Source: Phallusia mammillata
Lineage: Eukaryota
DNA length: 64,000 nt
Direction of reading: 5' to 3'
Assembly: GCA_965637545.1 (NCBI GenBank)
Contig: OZ281496.1
Coordinates: forward strand, 16,802,001-16,866,000
The translations under genes were made by a program, and so were the position numbers. Of the stretch, positions 37,501-49,377 are shown piece after piece; the first letter of the stretch is position 1; each line of letters opens with the position of its first letter. The notes under the pieces are model-generated. The model was given only the letters and a program-made list of their open reading frames with translations. It was not told the origin of the DNA and did not search any database.

Positions 37501-39116
37501 ATATAAAAATACAATTTTGCTGATAAAAAAAGGCCTAGAATACAACTCTACATTAGGGTTTCCATGCTATTACAAATTGAAAATTTTCTCTTACATTAAA
37601 CAAAATTTACTTTGGGTCATTGAAAACAAACATTGTGTAGCATTCTGCAAAACTAATTGAAACATTACACTTTTTCAACAAAAAGCTAGCTCCCGCAAAC
37701 TGTTAATAGATATGACTTTCTGAGTATTGCAAATCATAGTAGTTCATCACTGACTCTGTTTTAATTTCTATACTGTACAATTTATTACCTTTTCGGAAAT
37801 ACTTCGATGCACAGCTTAAACTTGTAACACACTCGCACACGACAAGGCTGCACGCACGTTCGGCCGCACTTACAGCCATGAACCATGCCGCCCCTGATTT
37901 TAGCTTCCCAATTTGATTCCTGATTCCAATTCATAAGCGGTTGCATCATTATTTTGTAATGGTTACTATTTATAGCCGCACCGCAATGCATACGTTTTAA
38001 AGTTTGTTTACGCATACCTTTTTTCTCTTTATTAATTGTGTCATTGATTTTTAAGTAATGTGTTTACCATTATAAAAACATGAATGCTAAAACTTTTTTT
38101 CGGAAAATACCGGTTTAAAGTTAGTGATGTATTTGATTCATGACTAAATTACGTTAATTAATTCTACAACCAATCAATGTAGCCATAAAAAAGCGTTTAA
38201 GAGGCACGTGTTTTTTCTGTTGAGTGGTAAGGTTGCAAGAACGTTGGATTTGATTCGTTTCTTTACGCTTGTCGTTATGTGGAACGTTTGATTTCATTCG
38301 TATCTTAATAAGCGTTTTTAAAACCACTATATGTAACAACAGTTAGTTAAAACGTTTTAGACAAAAATATTTATATCGTCCAAAATAATCCAACAAAAAC
38401 ATTTAAGCTTATATCGTACCGTATATCCCATGACGTTACCCACACCTCGGATTACAACCACACCAAAACGTTGTTTTTAGAACGTTTTTCATCGATCATT
38501 TTGTGACTTTTTCGGTTAACTTAATTGGTGTAACATTTTCATCAACACACAAAAAAATCATTTGGCGACCTTTAAGTTCAGAAAAAAAAACATTTAGTCG
38601 TTCATCCTTCAGATTGAAAGACATGTATATTTCGCTTTTACAGCATCGTCAGTATCTGCGAATAAGCAGAAAGATTCGTGAAAAATAAAAACAGAATAGG
38701 TAAATATATACTAATAAAATAGAAAAGTTAAAATAGATATAAAAACGTTACTCAAGGTGCAGCGGCAAACAACGCACCGAATAAAACGCTACCGCATTGA
38801 ACACAAGCGAAGAGATAAGAAAACGAAAAAAAAATATTGCAAGTGCGTTGTTTGTCCCATAAAAAATCCACGGGCAGAGAAAAAACAGTAAGGCAGTGGT
38901 TCTTAACCAGGGGGGCGCCAGACATTTCAAAGAGGGGCGTGAATCCAAAGATAAATAAACAAATTTAAGCCCCGCAGTCTTTCCCAAACTGCCACTCGCG
39001 AGGCGATTTTGACAAGAATGCCGAGGGTTCATGTCTTTCCACGATCTTATTTGTATTCGGATAGTGCCGCTGTTTTTTTAGCCAAAAATGTTTCATCCAC
39101 CAAAAAGGCAGTTGTT

Positions 39117-39226
39117 GGGCAGGAACTTGGCCGAACGGTCTGGCGCGTCTGACCCATATACAGACATAAAAAACCCTGATCGGGATTCGTCCCCGGGAGA
39201 GTCCTGGGTTCGAACCCCGTGGGAAA
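39117..39226 (+). mobile_element. tRNA-Leu-derived SINE, copy 2
   Basis: A and B boxes, A tail, perfect 15-bp TSD AAAAAGGCAGTTGTT (39102-39116, 39227-39241). Confidence 0.8.
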
Positions 39227-39599
39227 AAAAAGGCAGTTGTTCCCGCACAATTAGTATTCTTTGCTTTGTCTGTGACGTAACAAACTAAAATTATAACTAA
39301 AATGTATTCTGCATGTTTGCACAATCTATAACGTGCTGCGTTACAAAATGCCGGTGACCCCTGGTTTACAACATAGGCAAGTGGGACTTTTGGTTCCATT
39401 GCTGCGAGTGTTTAAAAAACAGCCGTTTTTTGCCTGTTTCAGGAGGGGGGGGGGGCTGCGACGGTTTCTTAATTACAAGCGTAAAAAGCGGTTTTCTCAA
39501 GGCGGCGTTAGCTTATTTGAAATATTGCCTGCGCAGACGCGCAAACGTTTTAGAGACGGATTTGAACTTAAGAGCGTTTTTAGTGCGAAATGTGAGTTA

Positions 39600-40260
39600 C
39601 TTTTGTCTGCTTTTTGTTGTCTTTTTGTTGTCTGACCTGCAACCTCAGAGAGACGGATGTAACTGCTGGAACCAAGTTCAAAAAGTTCTGAAAAGCTTGC
39701 AAGCTAATCAGGCAAAGATAATCAAGATCATACAGGCTAAGTGTGTTGCAGATTTTCCGCTCATGGTTCCTGCTAAAACTGATGAAGACCTAGACAAGTT
39801 AATGGAAAATGTTCCGGTAAGTTTATAACCAAATGTTATGATGTATCCATTTTAACATGAATGTAATTCCAGGATTTGCAAATGCTGGCCAAAAAAGTGG
39901 AGCAAAATAGGATGAAAGCTACCATTCGAACATTCATTAGATTATTTATGTCCAGGGATTTAGCTGCGTCCTACTCATGGTCAGGATTGGGGCCTAAACG
40001 CAGCATTCGAAAAAAGCTTTCAAGGATCACAAAATGTATTCAATTCTTCGCAGTAAGTAATATTTACTTTATTTTAAACGTGTACAAGCTTTTCCAGATC
40101 AAAATAACTAGATGTTATTCCACTCACTGACTACAAGAACGAAAAGAACAAAACAATCGCTGACGACATCAAGATTGTTCTGTCAGGTGCAGCTGATTGG
40201 GACAACGGCTGGATGCAACGGCAAAAGTGGTTCTTTAACAGAACCAATTGCATCATCCGA
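39600..40260 (+). pseudogene. Second DUF4806-type gene remnant (spliced)
   Basis: IRTFIRLFMSRDLAASYSWSGLGPKRS. Confidence 0.55.
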
Positions 40261-41018
40261 TGAGGACGAGACTTAATGCAACTGAGCCTTATGGTCGTCT
40301 ATAAATTACCTAATGCGACCATAATGTGATCACCCACAACTTTTTCATTGCGACATTTTTTTAATCGCCTAAATACTCCGATGACTTTTCGTGCATTATA
40401 AACATGTTCTTTATTTGAGTGTAAAATTTGTGAAACGATGACGTTACAGGGCAGGTTTATCACAGTTTAATGAAAGAAAATCACATATGTTGGTAGGGAT
40501 TATGCGAGTATATTCTCAGAAAATCATGATAGGTTTATCGTATATTAACCCTTGAAAAACGCAGGTATATGTTCGGATTATGCGAGTATATTCTCAGAAA
40601 ATCATGTAAAAACTTCGTATTAAATCATGTATGATCCGATGTAAACTTTCCGTGTAAAACAACCCTATATATCTATCATTGTCACCAGAAAATCGTACGT
40701 GATACAACCATGAACTTATATATTATATGTATGATTCGGGGATAATTTTCCGCCTGGGAATCGACGGTGGGCGTGGCAGACGACTTTGGTTGTCATTTGC
40801 CTTATGGTGTTAGTAGCTCTACCCTTTACGTTCCATGGCATAGACGCGGTTGTAGCCAACTACTAGAAACTATCTCTGTTGGTACAATAATTTCATAGCA
40901 TACATATTTTTTTTCTTAAATTCCTGACTTTTAAGTACATTTTAACATTTCTCCCTGACACAGATTTAAACTCTAAATTCCCTGACATGTCAGGAAAAGT
41001 CCTGACGTATGGCCCTAG

Positions 41019-41436
41019 TCTAAACGCAACCCAACAGATATCTTTCTATTTTGGCCCAATATTATCGGTAAGCATGTGCAATTTTCAACCAATGATTTTC
41101 CATTTTGTTATGATTCAAGTTTTCCCATATTGCGCTGATTTTATTTGCCAGCAGGTTTGTTCTTCTTTGTTGGTATGAACGATCTGATGATAGATTATTG
41201 AACTTCTCCATACATATTGTTTCTAAAGTTCAGGTGGTGCACCACTGTTGTCTACAAAGCAATGTTACGTCCGATGTACAAGTGTTATATTACCATTTTC
41301 AGGTGGTATGCGGTTGATACTTTTACTAACAACTTTGCTGTGCATGTCTGACTATTGCGTAGCCGCTGTGAGCCTTCACCTTTTCGACATTTTCCTGGAA
41401 TTTATTGACGGTCCAATCGCTCGACGTTGTAACCAG
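41019..41436 (+). pseudogene. CDIPT: Two exons (41019-41067, 41303-41436) of a CDP-alcohol phosphatidyltransferase (PI synthase-like)
   Basis: Spliced product TDIFLFWPNIIG|GMRL..FLEFIDGPIARRCNQ with GT/AG borders; matches the IFLFxPNxIG and DGxxAR motifs. No start codon or later exons seen. Confidence 0.65.
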
Positions 41437-41519
41437 GTGGGTTTTGAAAAATTCTCAGAACAAACACACAAAACATACTTGACTTAATCCCGGCTTCACA
41501 ATAGGCCACAATTCTGTCT

Positions 41520-41899
41520 TTTAGCAAGTTTTTTCTTGAAATTGTATGCAACAGTTTTGTACATGTCATTATACAGACAATCTAAACAAATTTACGAGTA
41601 ATATTGTACATTGTAATGTTTATTGACAACGTTTCTCTCTTTTTTTAGTTATAACTTGTCTGATTTTCATAAAACGTTTAATTTCAGGAAATACTTGTTC
41701 AACTTAAAGTTACAACTTTGCCAAATGAAAAAATGATTTTGTCTATGTTTAAATTTGTTTCTTTTGAAGTTGAAAAAATTTCCAACACAAACTTTTTTTT
41801 ACAATCACATTGATTATTTCTTGCTCTATGTCAGCACATGTTAGTTCAAATCTCCAATGGATAATCGGACTGAATCTTATTTCATAAACAATACAACAC
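41520..41899 (-). pseudogene. Highly decayed C2H2 ZF repeats, probable 3' continuation of 51452-52130
   Basis: Residual TGTGATTGT..AAAAGTTT and CATGTGCTGAC finger-like codons. Confidence 0.4.
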
Positions 41900-42311
41900 T
41901 AACCCTGTTTACATGCGTCGTCTTCAAACGGATCGGATTAAGCCTCAAGCCGGCTTGAGATTTGATCCATTCGAGCGTCCTATTTACATGCGCGTTTCGT
42001 GCAAGTTTAATCCGTTCCGATTTTCTTCGGATAAGTTTGTGTAAACATAGTTATAACACCTCTTGTTTTGGTTACAAAGGATACTTACAAAGTAACTAAC
42101 AATTATCGCCTGTTTTATTGTGTGAAAAGGATCACTCCTTCATTCAGAGCTTTTGTAGAAGTGAGAAATCAAGCTGTTAGTTTCCTATAAGCAGTTAGGG
42201 TAACTGATTGACATTTTTTCTTGTCATTTGGTTTATTGTTAACTGTTGGGTTCTAAAGCTGATGGAACAAACCGTGCTTAAGTATTATATTTTGTTTAGA
42301 TAACAATAAAA

Positions 42312-43591
42312 ATGAACTATCAAGAAATACTTGGATTTGTCCTTGTCATAAAATATGTTTTGGACTGTTACATTATGATGGTTGAGTGGGACAGAGAGAG
42401 CAAATACAAAAAGTTTAAGTTACTATTTGGTAGACTGAAGTTCTTGCAGAGCAAAGTTGACAAGCGAAGTGGCAGAATTTGGATGTATCCAAGGTAGTAA
42501 ACTGTAACTAGCCAACCTATGTTATGAAGCTTTTTTAAAATTATAAAATGTTACAGGACAGGAAACTACTGGGAAGGTGATGTTTCACAGTACAATGCAC
42601 AATGGATCCAAAACTTCAGGATGACAAAAGAAAACTTCATGGAGTTGTTGGCTATAATTCATGATGACATAAAACCAGGTTAGGACCAAATATATGGAAA
42701 TACATTTGAAACATCTTTATCATTAAAGTGCTACCTAAGTAATCATATATTGCAGAGGACATAACAGTCCGTGAGCCAATACCAGTTGACAAAAGAATGG
42801 GAATTGCTGTTTTTAAACTCGCTTCCTCAGCAGAATACAGAACAGTTGCCCACAACTTTGGTGTCAGTAAAGCAAGTGTATACAACTGTCTCAAAAGGTA
42901 CATGCAAAACATTTGTATGTTTGTGTTTCTTATTACTCCTTGTTACAGATTTTGTTTGGCGATTTGCAAAAGGTTGGACATGTTTATATTCATGCCATCA
43001 GAGGGTGAAGCAAAGGAGATTGCAACAAGAATTCAAAGAGAACACCATTTTCCACAGGTATATGTTCTCAAATATAATTTGTGTGTAGGTTTTATTTGTT
43101 GCTTATGTGCAGGTTATGGGTTGCATTGATGGAAGTCATATTCCAATAACTGCCCCCATGCAAGGCAAAAAATACTATACTAATCGCAAGGGTTGGGATT
43201 CAATGGTACTGCAAGGCCTTGTTGATGATCATTACATGTAGGTAAAATACACTTATATGTTTTTGGCAGTATTTAATTTTTATTTTTATCTTAGGTTTCG
43301 TGATGTTAATATTGCAATGCCTGGGAGTGTTCATGATGCTACTGTCTTTAAGCAGTCAGGACTTTTCAAATATTCAGACATGCTACCAAAGGTACAAATC
43401 TAGTTTTAAAAACAAATTTGGTAAAAAAAAACCTACTGGATTTTGAAAAAAAATGCTTTTCATGCACCCATTTTACTTAATGACACTGAAGTGCCTCTTA
43501 ATTTTGGGAGACCCAGCATACCCTCTGCTTCCATGGTTAATCAAGCCCTTTATTGGCTTCAACCTTTCCCCAGAAAAAGAATCATTCAACT
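42312..43591 (+). pseudogene. Harbinger transposase exons 1-7, cut after ESFN; C-terminal tail at 49212-49377
   Basis: WIQNFRMTKENF, NFGVSKASV, GCIDGSHIP, YTNRKGWDS, PGSVHDA, LGDPAYPLLPWLIKPF; short GT-AG introns. Confidence 0.9.
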
Positions 43592-44699
43592 TGTAGCGGT
43601 TGCGACATAATTTGTGCAAACTTTGCAATATTTGTTTACCAAAATAGCTCGGTTTTTGACTCGCTAGCTCAAAGGCAGCGAGGAAGTTAAAATGTATAGC
43701 AACCAAATCCCACTGTATTGACAAATCGTGTTCGGACTTTGTAATATTTCCTGTCGCAGTTAATTAGGATGCAGAGGCGACTTTGTGATCTGGTGTTTGC
43801 GAGCTTTAACCGTATGTTTTGTACCGCGCTGTGATTGGACGTTACTTTCTGTGGAAATTTGTGCAAGAGCCAATGGCCAGAGCATAGTTATGCAGTTTAA
43901 TACCACGTGTTATGAATTGATAAAACGCACCGCTAATGTAATTGGTCACAACAGTTTTAGCCCAATAGCAGTTAACTTAATTTGCTTGCTGTCCAAAATG
44001 GTTACTTTAGAGCAGGGGCGGGCAACTTCTCCAGTGGGCGGGCCTGATTAAGGAAAATGAAGTACTTGGCGGGCCGGATTCCTGAATCGACACATTAATC
44101 GTGTATTTATCCAGTGATTTAAAACGGATTTTTGACCACCTAAACCAAATACATTCAAGAACATCACAAATACAATACAGTCCAAACAATCTTACTGATA
44201 TAATACAAAATTATTCACCACAGCGAATTTAATGCATACACCACAGACTTAGATACTGCTGAAACACTAACGAGGCTACACCTGTGGAAACAAAAGAAAC
44301 CGTGAAAGCAGGCCACACACATGGCAGTTATGGCGTAACAATGGACGTATGGTGCAATGGTAACAACGGCGGGAAAGTTTTTGCTATTGGGGAGCGTTAC
44401 TGTCCGTTTCAACTATAATTTGACGCAGTAGGCAAGTAGTGGGGGAATGCGGCAGACCGTGGCCGCGGGCCACATTATCATGCAAGACCTGAAACTGTCT
44501 GCGGGCCGCTCAAAATCCCGTCGCGGGCCGGATCCGGCCCGCGGGCCGTATGTTGCCCGCCCCTGCTTTAGAGTAATATGTTTGTTGTTAGTAGAACTTG
44601 AAATTATGAGTAAAGGTTGTTATTATTACTTTCTAACGACTTGTTTTGTTTCTTAAACATTCTATTTGAATAAGAATAAGCATGTTGATTGAATAAACA
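43592..44699 (+). repeat. 5' LTR (contains a MITE); 3' boundary uncertain (44659 or 44699)
   Basis: TG start, homology to 301-754, AATAAA near 44692; no canonical TGG PBS seen. Confidence 0.6.
44013..44565. mobile_element. hAT MITE inside the LTR
   Basis: TIR CAGGGGCGGGCAAC; TSD CTTTAGAG. Confidence 0.92.
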
Positions 44700-44733
44700 A
44701 ACTGAGGTGCAAAACCCTTGTTGATCGAGACTC

Positions 44734-45363
44734 ATGACATTGATTGATGAAGAAAACTCTGAAAGTGAGGACGAAAGTACAGGTAGCCTTTATCTACCAC
44801 ACGTAATACCGCTTGGCGTGCCACCGCGCCGTCCGCTGGTTTATTACAGAAACGTATACAGAGACTGGTGCGCTAGACTGTTTGTTCTACCAGACTATTT
44901 TGAACTCCCGCCTAGGGAAGAATTCATTGAAAGTGTTTTGACTAAAGACATTGCCGTGCAAATAAGTCCATTCAATACCAACGGAAGGTATATTACCACA
45001 ACGTATAGCTTCAATCAACTAATCATCAGAGATCCAGACGAAGCTGATCGTTATCACGATCTATACGCTATACGTAAATTTACCAACATAAGCGCTGTGT
45101 TGTTAAGCAGGTTACGAAGGCCATTTACTACACCTTTGTACCCACAAAGTTTGGTGCTTCCCGAGGTTTGGACACAAGATCTCACTATTCGCTCCGAGAC
45201 CGTTGATTTACTTCTCGTGTATCACGCAAGTGAAATCCCAGCTGAGAGAGGAGGAGGTGTACACATTTTCACCATCCAGACAATAATCTTTGAACCCGAG
45301 GAAACTGTGGAACCCGAGGACATTGCAGAAACTGAGGAGACTGCTAGGATTGAGGAGATCTAA
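44734..45363 (+). CDS. Orphan 209-aa ORF between LTR and gag
   Basis: ATG to TAA uninterrupted, acidic termini, no family recognised. Confidence 0.6.
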   Translation: MTLIDEENSESEDESTGSLYLPHVIPLGVPPRRPLVYYRNVYRDWCARLFVLPDYFELPPREEFIESVLTKDIAVQISPFNTNGRYITTTYSFNQLIIRDPDEADRYHDLYAIRKFTNISAVLLSRLRRPFTTPLYPQSLVLPEVWTQDLTIRSETVDLLLVYHASEIPAERGGGVHIFTIQTIIFEPEETVEPEDIAETEETARIEEI

Positions 45364-45635
45364 TTTCAGCTGCCCCACGAAAGGTGAGCAGAATTTGAAG
45401 TTATATTCTTGGCTGTTGTTTAATTACTGCTTGCATGTATTTTGTTGAATGTGTATGATCAATAACGATCAAACTGTCTAAAACAATTCGCCAAGCAACT
45501 TGTGGGAATCCTCCCAGTTTACCAGATAAGATTAAATCCGCTGTAAGCCAAGGTACGCGCAGTAAAACGAAATCTAAAGATAAAGAAAAGCCCAATCAAC
45601 GTACCGTTGCAATACAGACTCCGTCAGTTGCAACC

Positions 45636-47195
45636 ATGACTACGCCAAGTACTAGTGGGTCCTCAAAACAAACGACGCAAAGCGATAATGCAGTTGAAAA
45701 TCGCAGTGATAATGACAAATTACGCATCTCGTTGATGAAAATTCCGCCGATTTGGCCTAACCAACATGACATAAAAGAATATTTTGCGTTTTTGGACAAA
45801 TTTTATGAATCCAACCAAATCAGAGATGAAGCAACTAAATTTCAATTGTTTGTTTCTAACCTAACCCCAACGCAATCAGCCAATTACAGAAATGCTTTAA
45901 CTGAAGCAACCGCTTCATTAACAGAACCCTACAGTACGCTCAAACGAGAAATAATTGATTCAGTACATGGGGGATCGAAATTAAATTGGTTAAAGCATTT
46001 AAAATCAATTTCGTTCATGTCACCTGACGAGAGACCTTCTGCTCTGATGCAACGTTTAATTGCCGCATGCAAATACAATCCCCAAAATGACGCAGTTACG
46101 CGTGATTTGTTGGAAGAACATTTCACATCGCTAATGCCAACAGATGTCCAAAATATCATTAAGGCTCAAAATTTTGAAACCCTAAAAGATTTGGGAAAAT
46201 TTTCAGACAAATATTTTGACCCTGATAAAGTAAACTCACCCAGGGATTCGAACAATGAACAAATTGCAATGCTAACTGCTAAAATGGATGAAGTGTTAAC
46301 TTCTGTATCTCAATACAAACTAAACCAGTCACAGATGCATGCCCAACCTCAGGCTGCGCAATTTCAACCCCAAATGAAGCGAAATAACTACTTCAAAAAT
46401 TACAATCACCAATCGCGCAATTTTTACAATAATTCACAAAACGGCAATTTCCCGAGAGGTTTTGCCAATGGCCCGCGGCAATTTAGGCCTCAAGCGCCCG
46501 CCAATTTTGATTCCCAGCCTCGATATTTCCAACATCAAAATGGCCAACGTTTTCCACCACGGTTTCAAAACCGTGCGAGGTTCAACACATACCGTCACAA
46601 CAACCCAGACTTTTGTTACTATCATGATAGATATGGAAAAGATGCATACAGATGCACAAAACCTTGTAAATTTGCGGAAACTCAAAACATAAATGCAATT
46701 AAGTCAGTTGGAATTGACATGCACACAAATATGTCCACTTTGTCAAACATAAGTCAAGGAAATGAAAATTTACCTCATGTTTTTGACACGATAAACAATC
46801 AAACGTTTCTAATAGATTCAGGAGCCACAAAAAGTTTTATGCCTGTTCTCCCAAATGAAAAGAATAATGACTCAAAGCAGCTTTTTGCAACTGCCAATGG
46901 CTCACCTGTAAAATGTTACGGCACAAAAGAAATTGAAATTAATATCGGTTTTGGGCCTATGAAGACTATGTTTTACATTTGCAACATAGAATTTCCGGTT
47001 TTGGGATTTAACTTCTTGCAAGAAAAACAACTTAACCTTCAACCACATTCCAAAACGCTGGAATGCAGCAAAACAGGCGTAAAAGTTGACCTAATCATAA
47101 AACCTGATTGCGGATCACGCATGCCCATTTTAAATGAACAAAAGTACCTGCAACTTTTGGCTAATTACCCCGAATTGACTAAGACTCCTGACTAA
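45636..47195 (+). CDS. gag: Gag-protease
   Basis: CHCC gag motif; protease FLIDSGA..ILGFNFL-type motifs. Confidence 0.9.
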   Translation: MTTPSTSGSSKQTTQSDNAVENRSDNDKLRISLMKIPPIWPNQHDIKEYFAFLDKFYESNQIRDEATKFQLFVSNLTPTQSANYRNALTEATASLTEPYSTLKREIIDSVHGGSKLNWLKHLKSISFMSPDERPSALMQRLIAACKYNPQNDAVTRDLLEEHFTSLMPTDVQNIIKAQNFETLKDLGKFSDKYFDPDKVNSPRDSNNEQIAMLTAKMDEVLTSVSQYKLNQSQMHAQPQAAQFQPQMKRNNYFKNYNHQSRNFYNNSQNGNFPRGFANGPRQFRPQAPANFDSQPRYFQHQNGQRFPPRFQNRARFNTYRHNNPDFCYYHDRYGKDAYRCTKPCKFAETQNINAIKSVGIDMHTNMSTLSNISQGNENLPHVFDTINNQTFLIDSGATKSFMPVLPNEKNNDSKQLFATANGSPVKCYGTKEIEINIGFGPMKTMFYICNIEFPVLGFNFLQEKQLNLQPHSKTLECSKTGVKVDLIIKPDCGSRMPILNEQKYLQLLANYPELTKTPD

Positions 47196-47229
47196 GACTC
47201 CTGACTATCGAGTTCCTGTTCGACATCCG

Positions 47230-49377
47230 GTGGAACAACATTTAACGACAACAGGTCGTCCCCCAACCTGTAGGGCACGTAGAGTACATCCCGAGCTTTA
47301 CAAACAAATGAAGACACAAATTCAAGAAATGTTGAATTCCGGTTTGATTAAAAGATGCAATTCTGAATACGCAAGTCCACTGCAAATAGTTAAGAAGCCA
47401 AATTCAAATGACCTAAGGCTCTGCGGCGATTTTAGAGAAATCAACCAACAATTAAAGAAAGATAATTATGCACTTCCGTCACTACGAACGGCCTATGAAT
47501 TATTACATGGCTCTACCATTTTTTCGATTCTTGACCTTACCTCTGCATTTCACCATGTCCCAATTCGTCCAGAGGACCAAAAGAAAACTGCCATTCGAAC
47601 ACCCCTTGGTACTTTTTGTTATACGCGGTCCCCTTTTGGATTGTCCACTTCCGCACAGGTGTTTCAACGCCTTATCGACCTTGCCCTAGGTTCATTGCAA
47701 TGGTGCTATGCGTATCTTGATGACATAATTGTGTATAGTCGCAACGAAACTGAGCATATGGAGCATTTAAACAAGGTCTTTCAAAAGCTCAATGAATACG
47801 GGTTGCATTTGAACATCGACAAGTGTCGCTTTGGCCGCAAACAAGTCAAATTCTTAGGCCACTTGGTGACGCCAGAGGGCGTACAGCCAAACCCAGACAA
47901 AATTGCGGCGATTAAAAACTTCCCTCAACCGGCTACGACCAGACAATTAAGACGGTTCATCGGCATGTGCCAATTTTTTGCCCCTAGTGTGCCATTGTTG
48001 TCACGTAAGCTAAAACCGCTCTATGAATTGCTTAATGGAAAAGATCCCCGTAATAAAAAGATAACTTGGAATGGCACATTACAGGAAGCGTTTGAAAGCG
48101 TCAAACAAGCCCTTGCTAATTATACCGCCCTCGCTTACCCTCACCCAAAAGGAGAACTAAGTTTAATTACAGATGCGAGTGACAATTCTGCTGGAGGTGT
48201 ACTCCAACAAACAGTAGGAGACGAAACTCAGCCATTGGGATTTTTCTCAAAATTGTTCAACAAAACGCAAACGAAATATTCGGCGTTCGATAGAGAGCTC
48301 ACAGCCATCGTGTTTTCAATAAAGCATTTCCGTTATTTTCTTGAAGGTCGAAAATTCACCGTATATACAGACCACAAAGCAATTGTTGATGCATTTAATG
48401 CCGACAAACCGCGCGAAAACGCAAGACAATCCAGAGCCCTAGCGTTTATTTCTGAATATACCAGTGACTTACGTTTCCTACCTGGTGCTTCAAATGTGGT
48501 AGCTGACACAATGTCACGCCCCAACATAAATTCTATTTTCAGACATGCTGCAGAAATTGACTGGCAACAAATAGCTATTGCCCAAAAGCGTGACCAAACC
48601 CTGCAGGATTTTTGCAAATCAGATCATTCTCTTAACCTGGTTAATAAACCGATACCAGGGGTACCTGACTTGACTTTACTGTGTGATACTTCAATCCCTG
48701 GAACAAACAGGCCTTTAGTACCCACAGGATTCAGGAAATTGATTTTTGACAATGCCCACAACCTTACCCACTGCGGTGTAAAAGCAACGCTAAGACTAAT
48801 TTCTTCCAAATACGTATGGCCGTCCCTTCGTCGTGACGTCACAACTTGGTGTAAGACGTGCATAATTTGTCAACGTACAAAAGTTGTAAGACACACTGTA
48901 ACTCCCTTTGTCAGATATCCTGTTGTGTCAGATAAATTTAAAAACATAAATGCTGACGTCATTGGACCGCTCCCAGCATCTGCAGGTTGTTCCTACATAT
49001 TTGTAATAATAGACAGGTTTACGCGATTTCCTGTAGCGATCCCACTAAGCAACATCAGAACCACAACCCTTTTAAATGCATTAATGCATAACTGGATAAG
49101 TAACTTTGGCGTACCGGAAGTCTTAAGTACAGATAGAGCCTCAACGTTTTGTGGCAAGGCGTGGAAGGAAGCAATGCAATTCTTAGGAATTAGACACATA
49201 ACCACTACTGCTTGCTTATCTACTGCTTATGATGGAAGCAATCAATTTACCCAGCCACTACCTGCTCCTTCAGTACAAACTGCTGACCTTTTTGGTGCTG
49301 GAAATAGTGTAAGACAGGCTGTTTTGCAGTACCTAACTGAAACACAGCCACTGCGCCAGTCATCGCGATTTTTGTAA
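47230..49377 (+). CDS. pol: Pol (RT-RNase H-truncated IN) fused in frame to the Harbinger tail
   Basis: LDLTSAFH, PFGL, YLDD, TDAS, RELTAI, HNLTH..CIIC, ADVIGP, TDRAST; the last ~55 aa end GNSVRQAVLQYL. Confidence 0.9.
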   Translation: MEQHLTTTGRPPTCRARRVHPELYKQMKTQIQEMLNSGLIKRCNSEYASPLQIVKKPNSNDLRLCGDFREINQQLKKDNYALPSLRTAYELLHGSTIFSILDLTSAFHHVPIRPEDQKKTAIRTPLGTFCYTRSPFGLSTSAQVFQRLIDLALGSLQWCYAYLDDIIVYSRNETEHMEHLNKVFQKLNEYGLHLNIDKCRFGRKQVKFLGHLVTPEGVQPNPDKIAAIKNFPQPATTRQLRRFIGMCQFFAPSVPLLSRKLKPLYELLNGKDPRNKKITWNGTLQEAFESVKQALANYTALAYPHPKGELSLITDASDNSAGGVLQQTVGDETQPLGFFSKLFNKTQTKYSAFDRELTAIVFSIKHFRYFLEGRKFTVYTDHKAIVDAFNADKPRENARQSRALAFISEYTSDLRFLPGASNVVADTMSRPNINSIFRHAAEIDWQQIAIAQKRDQTLQDFCKSDHSLNLVNKPIPGVPDLTLLCDTSIPGTNRPLVPTGFRKLIFDNAHNLTHCGVKATLRLISSKYVWPSLRRDVTTWCKTCIICQRTKVVRHTVTPFVRYPVVSDKFKNINADVIGPLPASAGCSYIFVIIDRFTRFPVAIPLSNIRTTTLLNALMHNWISNFGVPEVLSTDRASTFCGKAWKEAMQFLGIRHITTTACLSTAYDGSNQFTQPLPAPSVQTADLFGAGNSVRQAVLQYLTETQPLRQSSRFL

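Larger units (their letters stand above)
43592..49211 (+). mobile_element. Ty3/Gypsy retrotransposon, CsRn1-like, 3'-truncated
   Basis: Starts TGTAGCGG exactly where the Harbinger ORF breaks; gag KIPPIW and CYYHDRYG..C..PC (CHCC); PR, RT, RNase H and IN present. Confidence 0.9.

Noticed and set aside
39117-39226. Functional intron-containing tRNA-Leu genes
   Set aside because: There is no acceptor-stem 3' strand, the anticodon arm is broken, and A tails and TSDs indicate retroposition.
45929-49205. Several minus-strand ORFs over gag-pol
   Set aside because: They are short antisense shadows of the long coding frames, with no motifs.
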